Of a stretch of 64,000 nucleotides of DNA, positions 25,851 to 38,338 are shown one piece after another. Both the position numbers and the translations under genes were made by a program. The notes under the pieces were generated by a model, which was not told the DNA's origin, did not search any database, and saw only the letters and a list, made by a program, of their open reading frames with translations. Origin of the DNA: Felis catus (taxonomy: Eukaryota); assembly GCF_018350175.1 (NCBI RefSeq), contig NC_058368.1, positions 26,476,001 through 26,540,000 of the forward strand, in the 5' to 3' direction. Positions within the stretch are counted from its first letter, which is position 1. Each line of letters begins with the position of its first letter.

Positions 25851-27069
25851 AATCATATCAGCCATAAAAACAATGCGATCTTGCCATTTGCAATAGCATG
25901 GGGAGCTAGAGGGTATTATTATGCTAAGTGAAATCAGTCAGGCAAAGAAAGACAAATACAGTAGGGTTTCACTTGCATGTGCAATCTAAAAGACAAAACA
26001 AATGAACAAACAAATAAAATGACAGAAACAGGCTCATAAATACAGAGAACAAACTAGGGGTTACCAGAGGGGAGGAAAGTAAGGGGATGGGTGAAATAGG
26101 TGATGGGGATTAAGAGGTGCAAACCTCCAGTCATAAAATAAGTAAGTCATGCAGATGGGAAAAAAAGGTAGGAACTAAGCTTGCCCGGGAACAAAGAGGA
26201 GGGGATGTTTCCTGTTTTGTGGAGCTGGTCCCCTCTAGGAGCACTAGGGTGAGGCAGATCCAGGCTTGGTTTCAGGATTGCAGAGCCTTTTGATCTTAAA
26301 GCAGCCCTTTGATCCTGGACAGGATTCAGGCCTGGGGGGATGTAGCTGGTGCTTTGTATAATCCTTGGCTCTTTCCTAAAACCAAATCCTACCCCGGAGC
26401 CATTAAAATTGTGAACAAAATGTTTCAGAGCAGGACAATTATTTTTATTAAATTTATTTATTTATTTTTACGAAGCAACAATGCCTTCCATGTGTAAAGC
26501 ATTTTAGCCTTTCCAAAACATTTTCACAAATTATGTTTGGCCTTCACATCGGCTTCACAATATAGGGAAAAGGAGGAAGCAGCCCACCCTGGGATCCAGG
26601 TCTTCTGTTAGGGTTTTCTGCCCAGGGCTCAATCCTCTGTCTCTTGCTTCCTCCTCTCAGCAGGTGGGTACCACTTAAGTTTGCTAAGAAAGTGGACTCT
26701 TCCACCTTTTACCCCTCAGCCTCCGTGAGTTCCTTCTTCCACCTGGTTCCAGGTGTGCAGGGAGAGAAGACCCAGTTGCAACCAGAGAAAGCCCGGGGGG
26801 GGGGGGGGCGCCTTGAGCAGCTGTTGACCCAGAGAGGGAAGACACGTCTGAGGTTTCCCCTTTTGTGAAAACACAAGTTCTCATGTGGTGTGGGGAAGAT
26901 GTTTTCTCATGAGACCAGTTGGGAGGAATAAGTGTGCTCTGTGGGAATTATTTTCTCTGACCAGGAGAAAATTGACCTGCGTTAAGATGAACTTGTGCAT
27001 GGCCCCTGAGTCTGGGAGGTTGGATTTCAGGTCAGCGGGCTGTAGACATCAGCTGCCACTTTTCTCTGG

Positions 27070-27096
27070 GGTGTGTGTGTGTGTGTGTGTGTGTGT
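27070..27096. repeat. (GT)n microsatellite
   Basis: Seen directly. Confidence 0.9.
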
Positions 27097-27707
27097 GGCA
27101 GCTGTTAGACGGTGGTATTCTAAGTGATCCTCCACATGTCATAGCACATTTTGTGTGTCCTAACAGGAAAGGCATCATCATGGATGACAGCCTCCACCTT
27201 CAATTTGCAGCTAACTTTGGGCTGCCTTCATCACTTATAAGAGAGGTAGCTTCCACTGAAGCATTTGTGAAATCCTTGGAATGGAAGGTTGGTGAGGGAG
27301 GAGGCTTCCCAAAGCTCTATGGCAGGATCCTTCTGAGGATACACCAGGATCTTACCACAGTGACGTGAAGCCCTGTGGCTGATGGCTGAGAATGACACCC
27401 CTCTTAGCTCTCCTCCTCTGGGAAGCTGAATCAAACATCATTGTCTACGCACATGTTTATATGTTCCTGCAAGATGTTCTGGAGTCTAGCCGTTATAACC
27501 TGTCACCCATGAAGCTTTGTGCCCACGCCTGGAGGCAGAAAGCATATGCAATTGTACACTGCAGAAAAAACAAAGCACCAAATCTCAGAGGCAAACTTTT
27601 CTCAGGTTTAAAAGGAGATTAAGAAATCTAGAAAATTCAGATGTTAATATGATAGAACCCAAATAACCAGCCAATTCAGGAAAAAATAAAGTGCATCCAG
27701 CTTCCTG

Positions 27708-28156
27708 GCAGCATTATTCACAATAGCCAAAAAGTGGCAGCAACCTAAATGTCGATCCATGGACGGACTGATGAGCAACATGTAGTGTATACATACAATG
27801 GATTACTCCGCCATAAAAAAGAAGGAAAACCAGGTCTATACCCAGCATGGATGAACTTTGAGGACATTATGTTAACTGGAATAAGCCAATCACAAAGGGT
27901 CAAATTTTGTATGAATCCACTGTATGAGGCATCTAGGGAAGTCGAATTCATAGAGACAGAAAGTAGAACGGTGGTTTCCATTGGTTAGAGAGACAGGGAA
28001 ATGGGATGTTATTGTTTCATGAGTACAAAGTTTGTTTTTCAAGATGGAAAAGTTCTAGAGTCTGTACAGCAATGTGAAAATACTTAACATTACCTAACTG
28101 TACACTTAAAAATATTTAAGAGGATCAATTATGTGTATTTTACCACAGCTAAAAAA
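27708..28156 (+). mobile_element. L1MB-type 3' end
   Basis: gcagcattattcacaatagccaaaaagtgg...catagagacagaaagtaga...ctgtacacttaaaa...ttttaccaca plus A-tail. Confidence 0.85.
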
Positions 28157-28559
28157 CAACAACAAACAAATGAAAGGTTACAAGGCAAGACAAGCCAGTT
28201 GTAAAACAACTAACAGGTTCACAGAGCTTTGGTAACTGTGGCCACCTGGGGAGTGGGGTCAGCGGAGGTGATCTCAGCTGGGAGAGAAGCTTCCCTGGGG
28301 AGGACTTGTTGAGGAGAGAGGTGGGTCATCCCCTCTGCCCTTTGCCTTCTTGGGATTTCTTCTCTTTGCTGGTAACTTCTGGAGGAAAACTCACTGTGAA
28401 AGTACCGATCCCTGTCTTTTACTCTAAATACTGACACTCTTCTGGGCAGGGACCTGCTGTCTCTTCAAGATTTCTGGTGACTGGAGTGATTTATCTTTCA
28501 TTGGGCATAAAGGGTGATCAGATGGGTTGACTGCTGCCAGGATTGGGTTCATCTAATCA

Positions 28560-29090
28560 AATGTTTCTCAAAGAGGAATCCACAGGTTCTCTATGCAAAC
28601 ATAACTCATAGTCATCTAACCTTTACAATATAAAAACAATTTAAAATTATGCAGTTAATTCAATCATTGGAACAACTGGATGATGAACTCATCACTAGCA
28701 CGCTGGTTTAATTTCAGTACTCACAGTTATGAATGACTGAAGTCACTCCAGTGAAGGGCAAATCTCATCGCAAAACTTTGTGTGAATGGAGGTATAGCAC
28801 CAAATTGAACTGAGGAAAGTGATCGGAGTATTGAGTCATCCTGTGGCACAGGGTGTCACAGGCATGCCACACTCAAAAATGCCAGCATCGTATTTATGCT
28901 GTGAAGTAATGTCAACAAGACACTGTTATTGGTGCCATTCATTTAATATGGCTAGAGTTTTATCGACCTTTGAGGTATTGTTTCCATTATATTCATAAGC
29001 TTGTGATGCTTTGCAAGTTATATTGGAGCTACGATATCCACATAATAATGGTATATTTTTAAATAGCAGTATAATAAGTTTAAGACCTAG
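28560..29090. mobile_element. Probable ancient hAT/Charlie-type DNA transposon remnant
   Basis: Starts tgtttctcaaag (hAT-Charlie-like terminus) with an AT-rich body; family not resolved. Confidence 0.35.
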
Positions 29091-29749
29091 AGGGACATCT
29101 TTAATTCTGGACTCTATGAGGTCAATATAATGACTTTTGAGAATGGGTGAACTTACATTTAGGAAGGCTACCCATTACCATCAACATAAACACATAAAAA
29201 TCCACAGATTGGATTTGGACTTCGTAGCCTCTTCTCTCAGGTTCAGGTGACCTCTGGGTTTCACACTCTTCTCGCCCTCTCTTGTCAGTGCTCAGCTGGC
29301 TGCTTCGTTTGTTCAGGATGCTGGTTTTATGTACAGAAACTTCTAGGCTGAATATCAGCAAATGCTCAGATTTCATTTTAAACACAATTCTGATCAAGCA
29401 GTCTCTATGGAGTTTGGTTTCCCTAGAAAACATTCCGCAAACTGCTTTGTCATTGTGCTTATTACCCAAGGCTTGCTTTGTGGTTCTACTTGCGTTCACA
29501 GCTCTTTTTGTCTAACCACACGTGGTGCCCTCCATTTGCCTTTCCCCTCCAGATTTGGATCTTGCCCAAGCACCAGAAGGGCCCCTGGAGCTCTGTGGGC
29601 AGGATTCCCACTTGGGGTGGACTTGGCACCCAGACACTTTCTTGGAGAAACCATTAATGTTTCTGCTGTGAACAGGAGCTGGGGGTGATTTCTGGTCACC
29701 TTTCCATGACCTGCATCGGCGGTATCTCACCTCCATGCTATTGGGTCAT

Positions 29750-30250
29750 TTGGCAAATATTTTCTAGATGTCTTCTGTACGACATCACTGTTCCAGGTTT
29801 TGTCGATACCAAAATGAATAAAATGTAGTATTTACCCTTCATGAGCTTGTGGTCTCATGGGGGGTGCCATATGCATTGAAATAGGTTGCAGTGTCTTGTG
29901 ACAAACACCCTGTCATGTAATACAGGTATGCAAGTAGGACAGTCCTCCAGAGGTGAAGAGGAGGAGCCCACTAACTATCAGGGAAGGTCAGGAGAGACAT
30001 CCTGAAGAGTGTGATATTTGAACCCCTCTTGAAGGATGAATGAGAGCTGTTTTGGTGGGAAATGGGGGTGGGTAGGCATTCAAGGTAGAGAGGAGCTGGT
30101 GCAAAATCTCAAAGGGACAGAACTGCATGGAGTTTGGGTGGCAATGTAAATTGTTTGGGATGGTTGGAGTATAGGTTTTGGTGTGTGTAAATGTGTACAG
30201 TGGGCGGGAGAGGGTGGTGGATGCTCACACTAGAGGGAAGCAGACAACTT
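29750..30250 (-). mobile_element. L2 LINE fragment
   Basis: caaatattttcta...gaaggtcaggagagacatcctgaagagtgtgatatttgaac...ttgaaggatgaat. Confidence 0.65.
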
Positions 30251-30327
30251 GGCCTCCAGGTTGAGCCAAGGTAACTATCACCACTCCTTCCTTGGGCCAC
30301 TATGTTTTCTTTTTCCTCCCTCCCTCT

Positions 30328-30329
30328 TT

Positions 30330-30395
<66 letters not shown>

Positions 30396-30442
30396 TTCCT
30401 TCCTTCCTTCCTTCCTTCCTTCCTTCCTTCCTTCCTTCCTTT
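30328..30442. repeat. Compound (TTTC)n(TTCC)n microsatellite at an L1 A-tail
   Basis: Seen directly; abuts the L1 3' end. Confidence 0.95.
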
Positions 30443-30750
30443 CAACAGCTTTATAATTCACATAACATACAATTCACCTATTTGAAATGCACAATTTTTT
30501 AGTATATTCACAGAGCCACATAACCATCACCACAATTAATTTTAGCACATATTCACTACCTCAAAAAGAAACTCCGTACCCTTTAGCTATCATACCCCAA
30601 TCTCCCTCCTCCCTCACACCTCAGCCCTAATCACCAGTAATCTACTTTCTGCCTCTATGGATTTGCTTACTCTGAACATTTCATATAGAAGGAATCATAC
30701 AGTGTGGGACCTCTTGTGACTGGTTTCTTTCACTGAGCATGGTATATTTT
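30443..30750 (-). mobile_element. L1MB-type 3' end
   Basis: aacagctttataattcacataacatacaattcacc...aatctactttctgcctctatggatttgc...ctttcactgagcat. Confidence 0.85.
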
Positions 30751-30923
30751 CTTTGTATTTTGCTGCAGAATAGGCAGCAATTCCATTCTCCCCAAACTTT
30801 CAGAGGGATAGTGACTTTGTGGGAGTGAAAAAGGAAAAAAGAAAACAGTGATGGGGAGTATTTGGGGATCTGAAAGGGCAAAGCTACAAAGGCATAAACT
30901 TTCATTTAAGACATTTTCTTTCT

Positions 30924-31149
30924 TTTTTATTTTTATTTTTTTAATTTTTTTTCAACGTTTATTTATTTTTGGGACAGAGAGAGCATGAATGGCGGAGGGG
31001 CAGAGAGAGAGGGAGACACAGAATCGGAAACAGGCTCCAGGCTCTGAGCCATCAGCCCAGAGCCTGACGCCGGGCTCGAACTCCCGGACCGCGAGATCGT
31101 GACCTGGCTGAAGTCGGACACTTAACCGACTGCGCCACCCAGGCGCCCC
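30924..31149 (-). mobile_element. Young feline Can-SINE
   Basis: 17-bp TSD taagacattttctttct. Confidence 0.95.
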
Positions 31150-32439
31150 GTAAGACATTTTCTTTCTAAGACCATGGCTCTCCAGCTGTAAATATTTCTC
31201 TTACAAAAGGCTGCCTCTTGTCTTGAGCAATGGATAGTTTATCTGGAGCCCCATGGTCTAAGTTTGTCTTGGTATGTTGGTTGGTAGAGATAATCCCTCT
31301 CTTACCCATAGTGTGTTGCCATTGCCCCCATGAAAACACCAGTGAATTTGCCATCAATGCTACTTGCTTTTAATGAGCCTTCTGCCTGATGGAGGCTAGA
31401 CATAAAAGTGCCTCTCCTCCAAAACAAACTGGATGAACTGGTAGGTGGCATAGGTTGTACCGGAACTATTTTCATTAGTGTGGTAAAAATCACATTTGCA
31501 AACTCAACACGGCAGTCCTTGTCTATGTCTTATGTCACTGTGCAGAGTTGCTGAGTTCTGAAAAGGTCTGCTTTCTTTCTCTGTGAGCCTTGCTGGCCCA
31601 TTTTCAAAGACCACATCAGCCAGGGTGAACAGCCCTGGGTCCTTTCCACGCAGCTGTCTCAGGGTCTTATAGACCCTCAACTGGACTCTTATGAAGACTG
31701 GCTGTCACTTGGGTTGCAGTCCAGTGATTCCCCCTCTTCCACGTGAAGATTTGATTTTAAATCAGTTTGGGAAATGGCATGGTTAGCCTGAATCATCTTA
31801 GAATTCAATGCTAAAATAGAATGGAATATGCAGTGGTTGACTCATCCTACTGTAGTTAAACTACTTGTCACTTAATACTACGTGACTTTAAGGATTGTTT
31901 TAGTCAGTAGCTTTATAAGGTACAAAATGCCAGAGAGCTTCCTCCATCTTGTTCTTTTCTCTAGTCATGTGCGTCATTGTTACACCTCTACTGAATAGGG
32001 TATTTTAAAAGCCTATTGTGTATAACCCTGCTTTTTCTTTCTGTTTCTTTCCCCCTTCCTGACTGTCTCTGTCTCTGTCATGCTTCTATTTGCCAAAATA
32101 TGATGATAAATGTTGCCTTAGCATTTTAATTAGGAAGATTTGGGGTCGTCCGTTCTTTAAAATGTGCAAAATGAGAATGGGAAATGGGAGAGGGCAGTCT
32201 AGGACAGCAGGTAGAGGGAATGCTCCATGCTCATAAAAGTCCCAGGCTAGTGAAATGAAGCTTCTACCTGAACTTAATGTGCCTAATCATAACAGCTGGG
32301 ATCCAAAATCTGCTCTGGGAATTGACGTCTTCTAAGAGTTGACTCAACCTTGTGAGCCTAGAATATTAGGGCTAAGAATGTGGGCAGCAGCATACTTATC
32401 CTCTCTATTAATGATCTCCGAACCTCTGACCAGTCTGGT

Positions 32440-32629
32440 GTGGTGGGAAAATACAGGTTTTATAGTGAGTGGATCTGGGTTGGAGTTTGGGGCTTAGCCA
32501 TTTACCAGCTGTATAATGTTTGGCAAGTTGTTCAGTATCTCTGATCTGCAATTCACATTTTTTTTTTTTTTTTTTGTAAAAGAAAAATGATAATACTTAT
32601 GTCAAGGAGGTTATTGTGAAGATGAAGTA
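32440..32629 (+). mobile_element. MIR (host of the LTR insertion)
   Basis: gccatttaccagctgt...ggcaagttg...tgtaaaa...ataatactta...ggttattgtgaagat. Confidence 0.6.
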
Positions 32630-33215
32630 TGAAAGGGCGGGCCTACGCCAGCCGACTCCATCTTGTTCTGTGTCCTTCACCTTGACCACACCTCCTCCCC
32701 TTGACTCCATCTTGTTCTGTGTCCTTCACCTTGACCACACCTCCTCCCCTTGACTCCATCTTGTTCTGTGTCCTTCACCTTGACCACACCTCCTCCCCTT
32801 GACTCCATCTTGTTCTGTGTCCTTCACCTTGACCACACCTCCTCCCCTTGACTCCATCTTGTTCTGTGTCCTTTACCTTGACCACACCTCCTCCCCTTGA
32901 CTCCATCTTGTTCTGTGTCCTTCACCTTGACCACACCTCCTCCCCTCGAGTAAACCCTCCCTCACCTGCCGGACCCTTCCCCAGGACCCCTCCCCAGCCA
33001 ATCGGCTGAGGCCATAGCCATTACCTCACCAACTGCCCCCAGGCCCCAATAAAACCTTTGTCCTTTTGAAACTCGCTCTCTTTCCCTGGTATCTCACCGC
33101 TGCGTCGGTGCAGGTAGGGGATTGAGCTCGAGCTAGCTCGAATAAAGGCTCTTTGCTTTTGCATCGGACTCGGCTCCCTAGTGGTCTTTGGGGATCACGA
33201 ATTCTGGGCATAACA
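32630..33215 (+). mobile_element. Young solo ERV LTR (class I/gamma-like), 586 bp
   Basis: TG...CA termini (tgaaaggg...cataaca), perfect 5-bp TSD AAGTA at 32625-29 and 33216-20, CCAAT 32998-33002, TATA-like AATAAAA 33048-54, polyA signal AATAAA 33141-46, many CpGs retained. Confidence 0.9.
32654..32947 (+). repeat. 6 x 49-bp tandem repeat in LTR U3
   Basis: Unit gactccatcttgttctgtgtccttcaccttgaccacacctcctcccctt starting at 32654, 32703, 32752, 32801, 32850, 32899; one C>T in copy 5 and the last base differs in copy 6. Confidence 0.97.
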
Positions 33216-36200
33216 AAGTATGCATTGAACCTTGCAGGTATGGGGAATTTCAGATTCAAGATTTGTTTCTGTCCTTATATGGGACTGTGTTATGCGATCC
33301 ATTTGAGAATACCTGGCCAGACGTTTAGCTGGAATGTTTGCTTTATCCACTTTGTTCATTTATTCTTTCACAGATTCATTTGCTCATCCACTCAATGCTG
33401 ACCCCTAAGTGTGTGACACTGGGCAGATGTTGGGGATACAACCATGCCCTGCACCTGCCAGTGTCGTGGAGATCAGACCACAAATGACAATTACACTCTG
33501 GTGTGGATAAGCACTGTGCTAGGGAAAGTCCCTAGTGCTCTGGAAGTATTTGGAGTGTCAGTTAACCTAGCTGGGGGAGGGTCCAGGAAAGCAGAGACCT
33601 CAAGAATGAAAAGGAGAGAGCCAGGTGAAGGTGAGACAGAGAGCATAGAATGACATACAGTGGGCAAGGGGATGGGGATAATGTGGCTCTTGTAAATAGA
33701 TATTTTGGTATGTCTGCCGTGTCGAGTATGAGAGGAAATATAGACATAGGTACAGAGGTATGGAGAGAACCTAAGCTTCCTGTGCCCAGGACTGCCTCCC
33801 TGTTGGGAGTTCTGTCCCTCAGGTGTTAATACAATGGATGCTGTCATCACCAAAGACAGGGTGCTAGGGCATCCCTCACATTTAGAGTTAGAACTTGAAC
33901 TACATTTCCCCACAGAAACAGTGTGTTAAATGGTAGTTCCATGTAGTTAAGACACTGTTATTAATGACACCGTCGAATGCATCTTAAATAAGTAAAATAT
34001 AGAAAAGTAAGGGGAAACAGGTTCTGTTTTCATGCCAGTCCTTTGGGATGCAGAGCACTGTGCTTCTTGCTCTAGCCATCTGAGCCCACGTCAGATCCAT
34101 GGGCTGGCTCTGCTTGGCCCAATATGTTTGGATATGAATGTCTGGTCCGGTGAGAGTTTCTCCCATGTTTCTATGGTTCCACCACTCCCTGCTGGTTAAC
34201 ATCTGGCCTACTTCTTCACACTGATGTTACCTAAGTTGGCCCCTGGAGACAATGATCTTGGGGACCCTTTTCCTAGGCAGCAGAGGTGAGAAATAGTATC
34301 ATCATTTCCACCTGATTCATCGTCAGCTTGGTTTTAGTCCACATACAAGGTCAAGCATGATAGACGAGGTAGAGTTTGGAGATGCCTTCTCACTTCGCAC
34401 CAAATGCTCTCTTTCCTTTTCTCTTCCTCCAGTTCTTTTTCCTGTCTCTCATCTTGTCCTGCCAACACCTTCCTAGCTCAGTTCAATTCAATTCGGCAAA
34501 GGCATATGGGACATGGACCACGTGCCTGGCGCTTAGCGTGCAGGGGTAAACGAAGCACAGTGGTTACCCTGAAGGAGTTCGCAATTTGGCAGGAGCAGGT
34601 GGAGGACAGACCAGAAAAGGGTCCAGCTCTGTAAGGTGGGGTCTTAGCCCTACTGGGGCGGAGTCTACAGGAGTGTGGAGGAGGAGTACCTGAGCCACCC
34701 TGGAGACGGGATGAGGCCTTGATGGACCAACAGGAATTAGCTATACAAATGTGCGTGCGCTCTAGGCGTAGAGTAAGTAAGACACAAGCAGAGGGTCAGA
34801 CACGTAGCATGGTGCGCTGAGGATACTGCAGGAGTGAGCCAAAGGCTGGGGGCAGAAAGGGGAGGGAGTGTAAGCCTGGAGAGCTGAGGGTGGGAGGCCA
34901 GCTCCTGCCTTTCCTGTCTCTCCCCAGAGGCACTCTGGGTGGTACTTAGCACCTCCTGGCAGCCCTGTTGGCTGAGCTGGGCACTGACTTCTGCCCTATA
35001 GGAAGTCTGTATTTTTCAAATGTTTCCTTAGAGTCAAGAGTCCCAGGAGAGTAGAGGGGTGAGCCTACACTGGCAGGAAAAGTGGATTAAAAGCAGGCCA
35101 AACCCAAAATAGCTCCCAGGGGTTGACCAGATGAAAATTAGATTGCTGCTCTGTGTGGGTGTAACCCTGGGGAGGCCGGCCAAACGGTGAGAAGGGAATG
35201 ATCCCTTCTGGGGAGTTTAGCGGAAAATGTTGCGGCCTGGATCCCAGCTCAGCAAAGGTTACAAAACAGCATTTCCTAACATAGCCACGTCTTTAAAAAG
35301 TTTCAAAATGCAAAGGATTTTTTGAGTGCCAGTAGGAATAAACACTTACTTTGTTAATAGATAACTACCAAGAGGATCACTGACCCTGCTGTTTAAAACG
35401 TTAACACCTGGCCTTTTGGGGGAAGTAACAATCTGGAGGCAGCTTTCTACTCTTTGTTCCTGCGCTGGGAAGAATCCTGCCATCCTCCTTAGCTTTCTGT
35501 CACCAGGCATGTGTTGTCCCATTAGGAAGATGAGCCCGGCCTTAGAAAGGGGCTGGTCTGAGGTCTTGTTCTTCTGCATCTGTCTCTGGTCTTTTCCTAT
35601 AAAGCCACCTGCTTAAGAAGACCGAGGGCCAGGGCGCTGCGTAAACAACGTATTATGCCTACACCATTTTGGCTTTCTTTTGTCACTGTGTTGTTTGGAA
35701 TGCTGCGTTCAGGGAACTGGTGATGCCAGCCTTTCAGAAGGCCCTGGGCTGCCCAGCATCCCCGCGGGCACCCCGGAGGCAGGCGGGGCTGATGTCCTCA
35801 ACCGAAAGCTGCAGGAAGTAACAGCTCCAGTGTGAGCACCCCCCTCATCCTTGTGCGGGGGATAGGCTTTGGGAAGGGAGATTAGACTTCGAGTAAACAG
35901 AACAGAATTTCACAAGCTTCTTGGAAATGCCAGGACCTGACACTTGTCATCTACTTCTAAATTTGCCCTTTTCATTTTCCTTGCATGGGATCTCATGGCA
36001 ACTGTGGCATGCATTCCGGGATGAATTTAGACAAACAACTTGGCTGCTGAGGATTTTTACCTGTTATGGCTCCAAGAAATGTCAAGCGTTATAAGCATGA
36101 CTCAGGACAATTTCAATTAAAGTGTTAAGAATAGAAAGGATCAGTAGTCTAGCCGATCACGTTCCTCTCCTGCCCTTATTATTTTCATTAGTCTCAATAA

Positions 36201-36901
36201 ACCACTGGAGGTAAGTTTTTGTCCTTTTGTTGTATGTCAGCTAATTCCTGTGTTTGGGTAACACCAGGAGAGCTTCAGTATCACCTCCACCCACTTCCCA
36301 GGCAAGAAGAATGCATTTCCTTCACCTTGAATATGCAGAGCACCCGTGCATGCTATTATCACAGCACTAATGGCTGATAGCATACTATTTGTTCTCCAGT
36401 CTGTCTCCCCCGCTGGTCCTGGAACCCCACTAGGGGTCATCTCTCATTGGCTTTTGTATCCTCAAAATGAGCACAATGCCTGGTACAGAGTAGACACATA
36501 TTTGACGTCAAGCACTCATCCTGATTCTGGGGGATGATGTTTTTGGCTGCCAACTGGCAAAGGAATAGAGCCAAAGGCTCACAGAAAGGCAGCTAGGAGG
36601 TAGCAGAAGGAGGAAAGGATAAGAAGACCAACGATCCTTCTTTGGTTTCCTGGCTATGTCTATCACCCTGAGCAAATCACCAATTTGACACTTTGTTGCC
36701 CGTGAAGTGATAATACTGCTTTCCTAGATTTGGTGGAGAGGAGTAAATGATGTAATAGCTATGCAAATGTTTTCTCAACTGTGATGAGTTTTATGTAAGA
36801 GAGGCATCGCCATTGGGGGAAGGAAGCATCTCTCCAGCCACAAGTTGGGAGGCCACGTTTTTGCGTCATTCTCTCCCATTCTATCTGAGTGACCTTGGGA
36901 C

Positions 36902-37008
36902 CAAGAGACCCATTTGGTTCTTGGTATGCCCCTGGTAGGTCAGAAAGCCCCAACAGGTACTGAGATTGAATTTTGGAATCATTGTACAGAGTTGGAGTGA
37001 ATATAAAT
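36902..37008 (+). repeat. 107-bp direct duplication, copy 1
   Basis: 104/107 identical to 38179-38285. Confidence 0.95.
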
Positions 37009-37979
37009 GACAGCCTGTTGTGGATGTCTCCTCGATAAGGAAGCTGTTTTGTGGCACTGTGAGGCTCAAAAGAGATAATGCATATGAATCTGGTTTGGAG
37101 ATTATTAAGGTCTATGAACTGGAACCATGAGATTGTTAGATCAGGCGGGATGGGCTCTCATCGAGGCCTCGCTTTGGCTTGTGTCCCCTGCTGGCCTCCT
37201 CCCTGTCCCTGTGTGCCCACCGCCAGTTCTGGCAACAGGGACAGGGCGTGGGCTCAGCATCGTGGCAGGACGCAACAGCCCCTCCAGCTCTGATGGCTGG
37301 CATCTGTGGCCCTGTCCTTCCTGTGCAATAACCCAGATGGGTGGGGTTCTTGGCAGTCTGCCATGAAGACGGCACGTGGAGGGCCACAGAAGCTGCCTGT
37401 GCTGAAAATCCCACATTTGGGGGAGCTGCCTCTGGGTGTACAGACACATACATTTCTGGTATATCTGCCCCCAAACTGGGTATCGGTAATGTTCGTCACT
37501 CTTTAAAGAACAAGACCAGCCTTTTCTGCTGGCCAGACACCATAAGCAGTTAGGATTCTTGCCTGTGCACTGAAAATAAAGCACTTCAAAGCATGATTAA
37601 CAGAACCTTAATAACCAGAGTCCTCAGTTCACCAGAATTATGTGGCTGCATTTAGTATTCGTGAGAACGATTAGTAAGCAACACACAAAGCTTGTGTGTC
37701 AAGATAATGTATTAAGATATTAACTTGTGCTTTGTTTGGGCTGTGATAGAAGAATGCAGTTGAAGGAGACACTGTTATGCGTCACTTATTTTATCCCAGC
37801 TTTCTTGTTCTGAGAAAGTAGACAGGTTATTTAGGGTTGCTGGACAATGAACTCCTGAGGCAGCAGAGAGAGGAGGAGGATCTTTGGGGGGGGTGTGCAA
37901 CTGACAGTTGAGAGGGAGGGGGAGCTATCCTGAGACTGGGGAGCTGGTGGAGGTGGGCGAGCCAGCTGAGTCATGGCAC

Positions 37980-38055
37980 CCTCACTTCCTCTATGTCCAT
38001 ACCCCAGGTTAGCGGTGGGGTACCTCACTTCCTCTCTGTCCATACCCCAGGTTAG
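37980..38055 (+). repeat. 33-bp duplication (period 43)
   Basis: cctcacttcctct(a/c)tgtccataccccaggttag at 37980 and 38023. Confidence 0.9.
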
Positions 38056-38178
38056 GGCAGGAATGATTGTGTAGAGTTCTCAGGGTGCTTGAGGCCAGGA
38101 AATGGGGACCTCGGCCCCAGTAATAATTGGCTTCTTCTGCCCCTGGCATGGGCTAGGAAATACCAGGAACTAGGACTT

Positions 38179-38285
38179 CAAGAGACCCATTTGGTTCTTG
38201 GTATGCCCCTGGTAGGTCAGAAAGCCCCAACAGATACTGAGATTGAATTCTGGAATCATTGTGCAGAGTTGGAGTGAATATAAAT
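38179..38285 (+). repeat. 107-bp direct duplication, copy 2
   Basis: 104/107 identical to 36902-37008. Confidence 0.95.
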
Positions 38286-38301
38286 AAACAAATGTGATAT
38301 T

Positions 38302-38302
<1 letters not shown>

Positions 38303-38338
<36 letters not shown>

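Larger units (their letters stand above)
23929..26165 (+). mobile_element. Carnivore-type L1, 5'-truncated with 5' inversion, carrying three nested SINEs
   Basis: Minus 23929-~24665 encodes ORF2-like [19 protein letters not shown]...FCTAKET; plus ~24665-26165 encodes TEWEKIFAND... then 3'UTR; frameshifted and dead. Confidence 0.9.

Noticed and set aside
32654..32947. CRISPR-like array
   Set aside because: Units are head-to-tail with no unique spacers, inside a retroviral LTR in a mammalian genome
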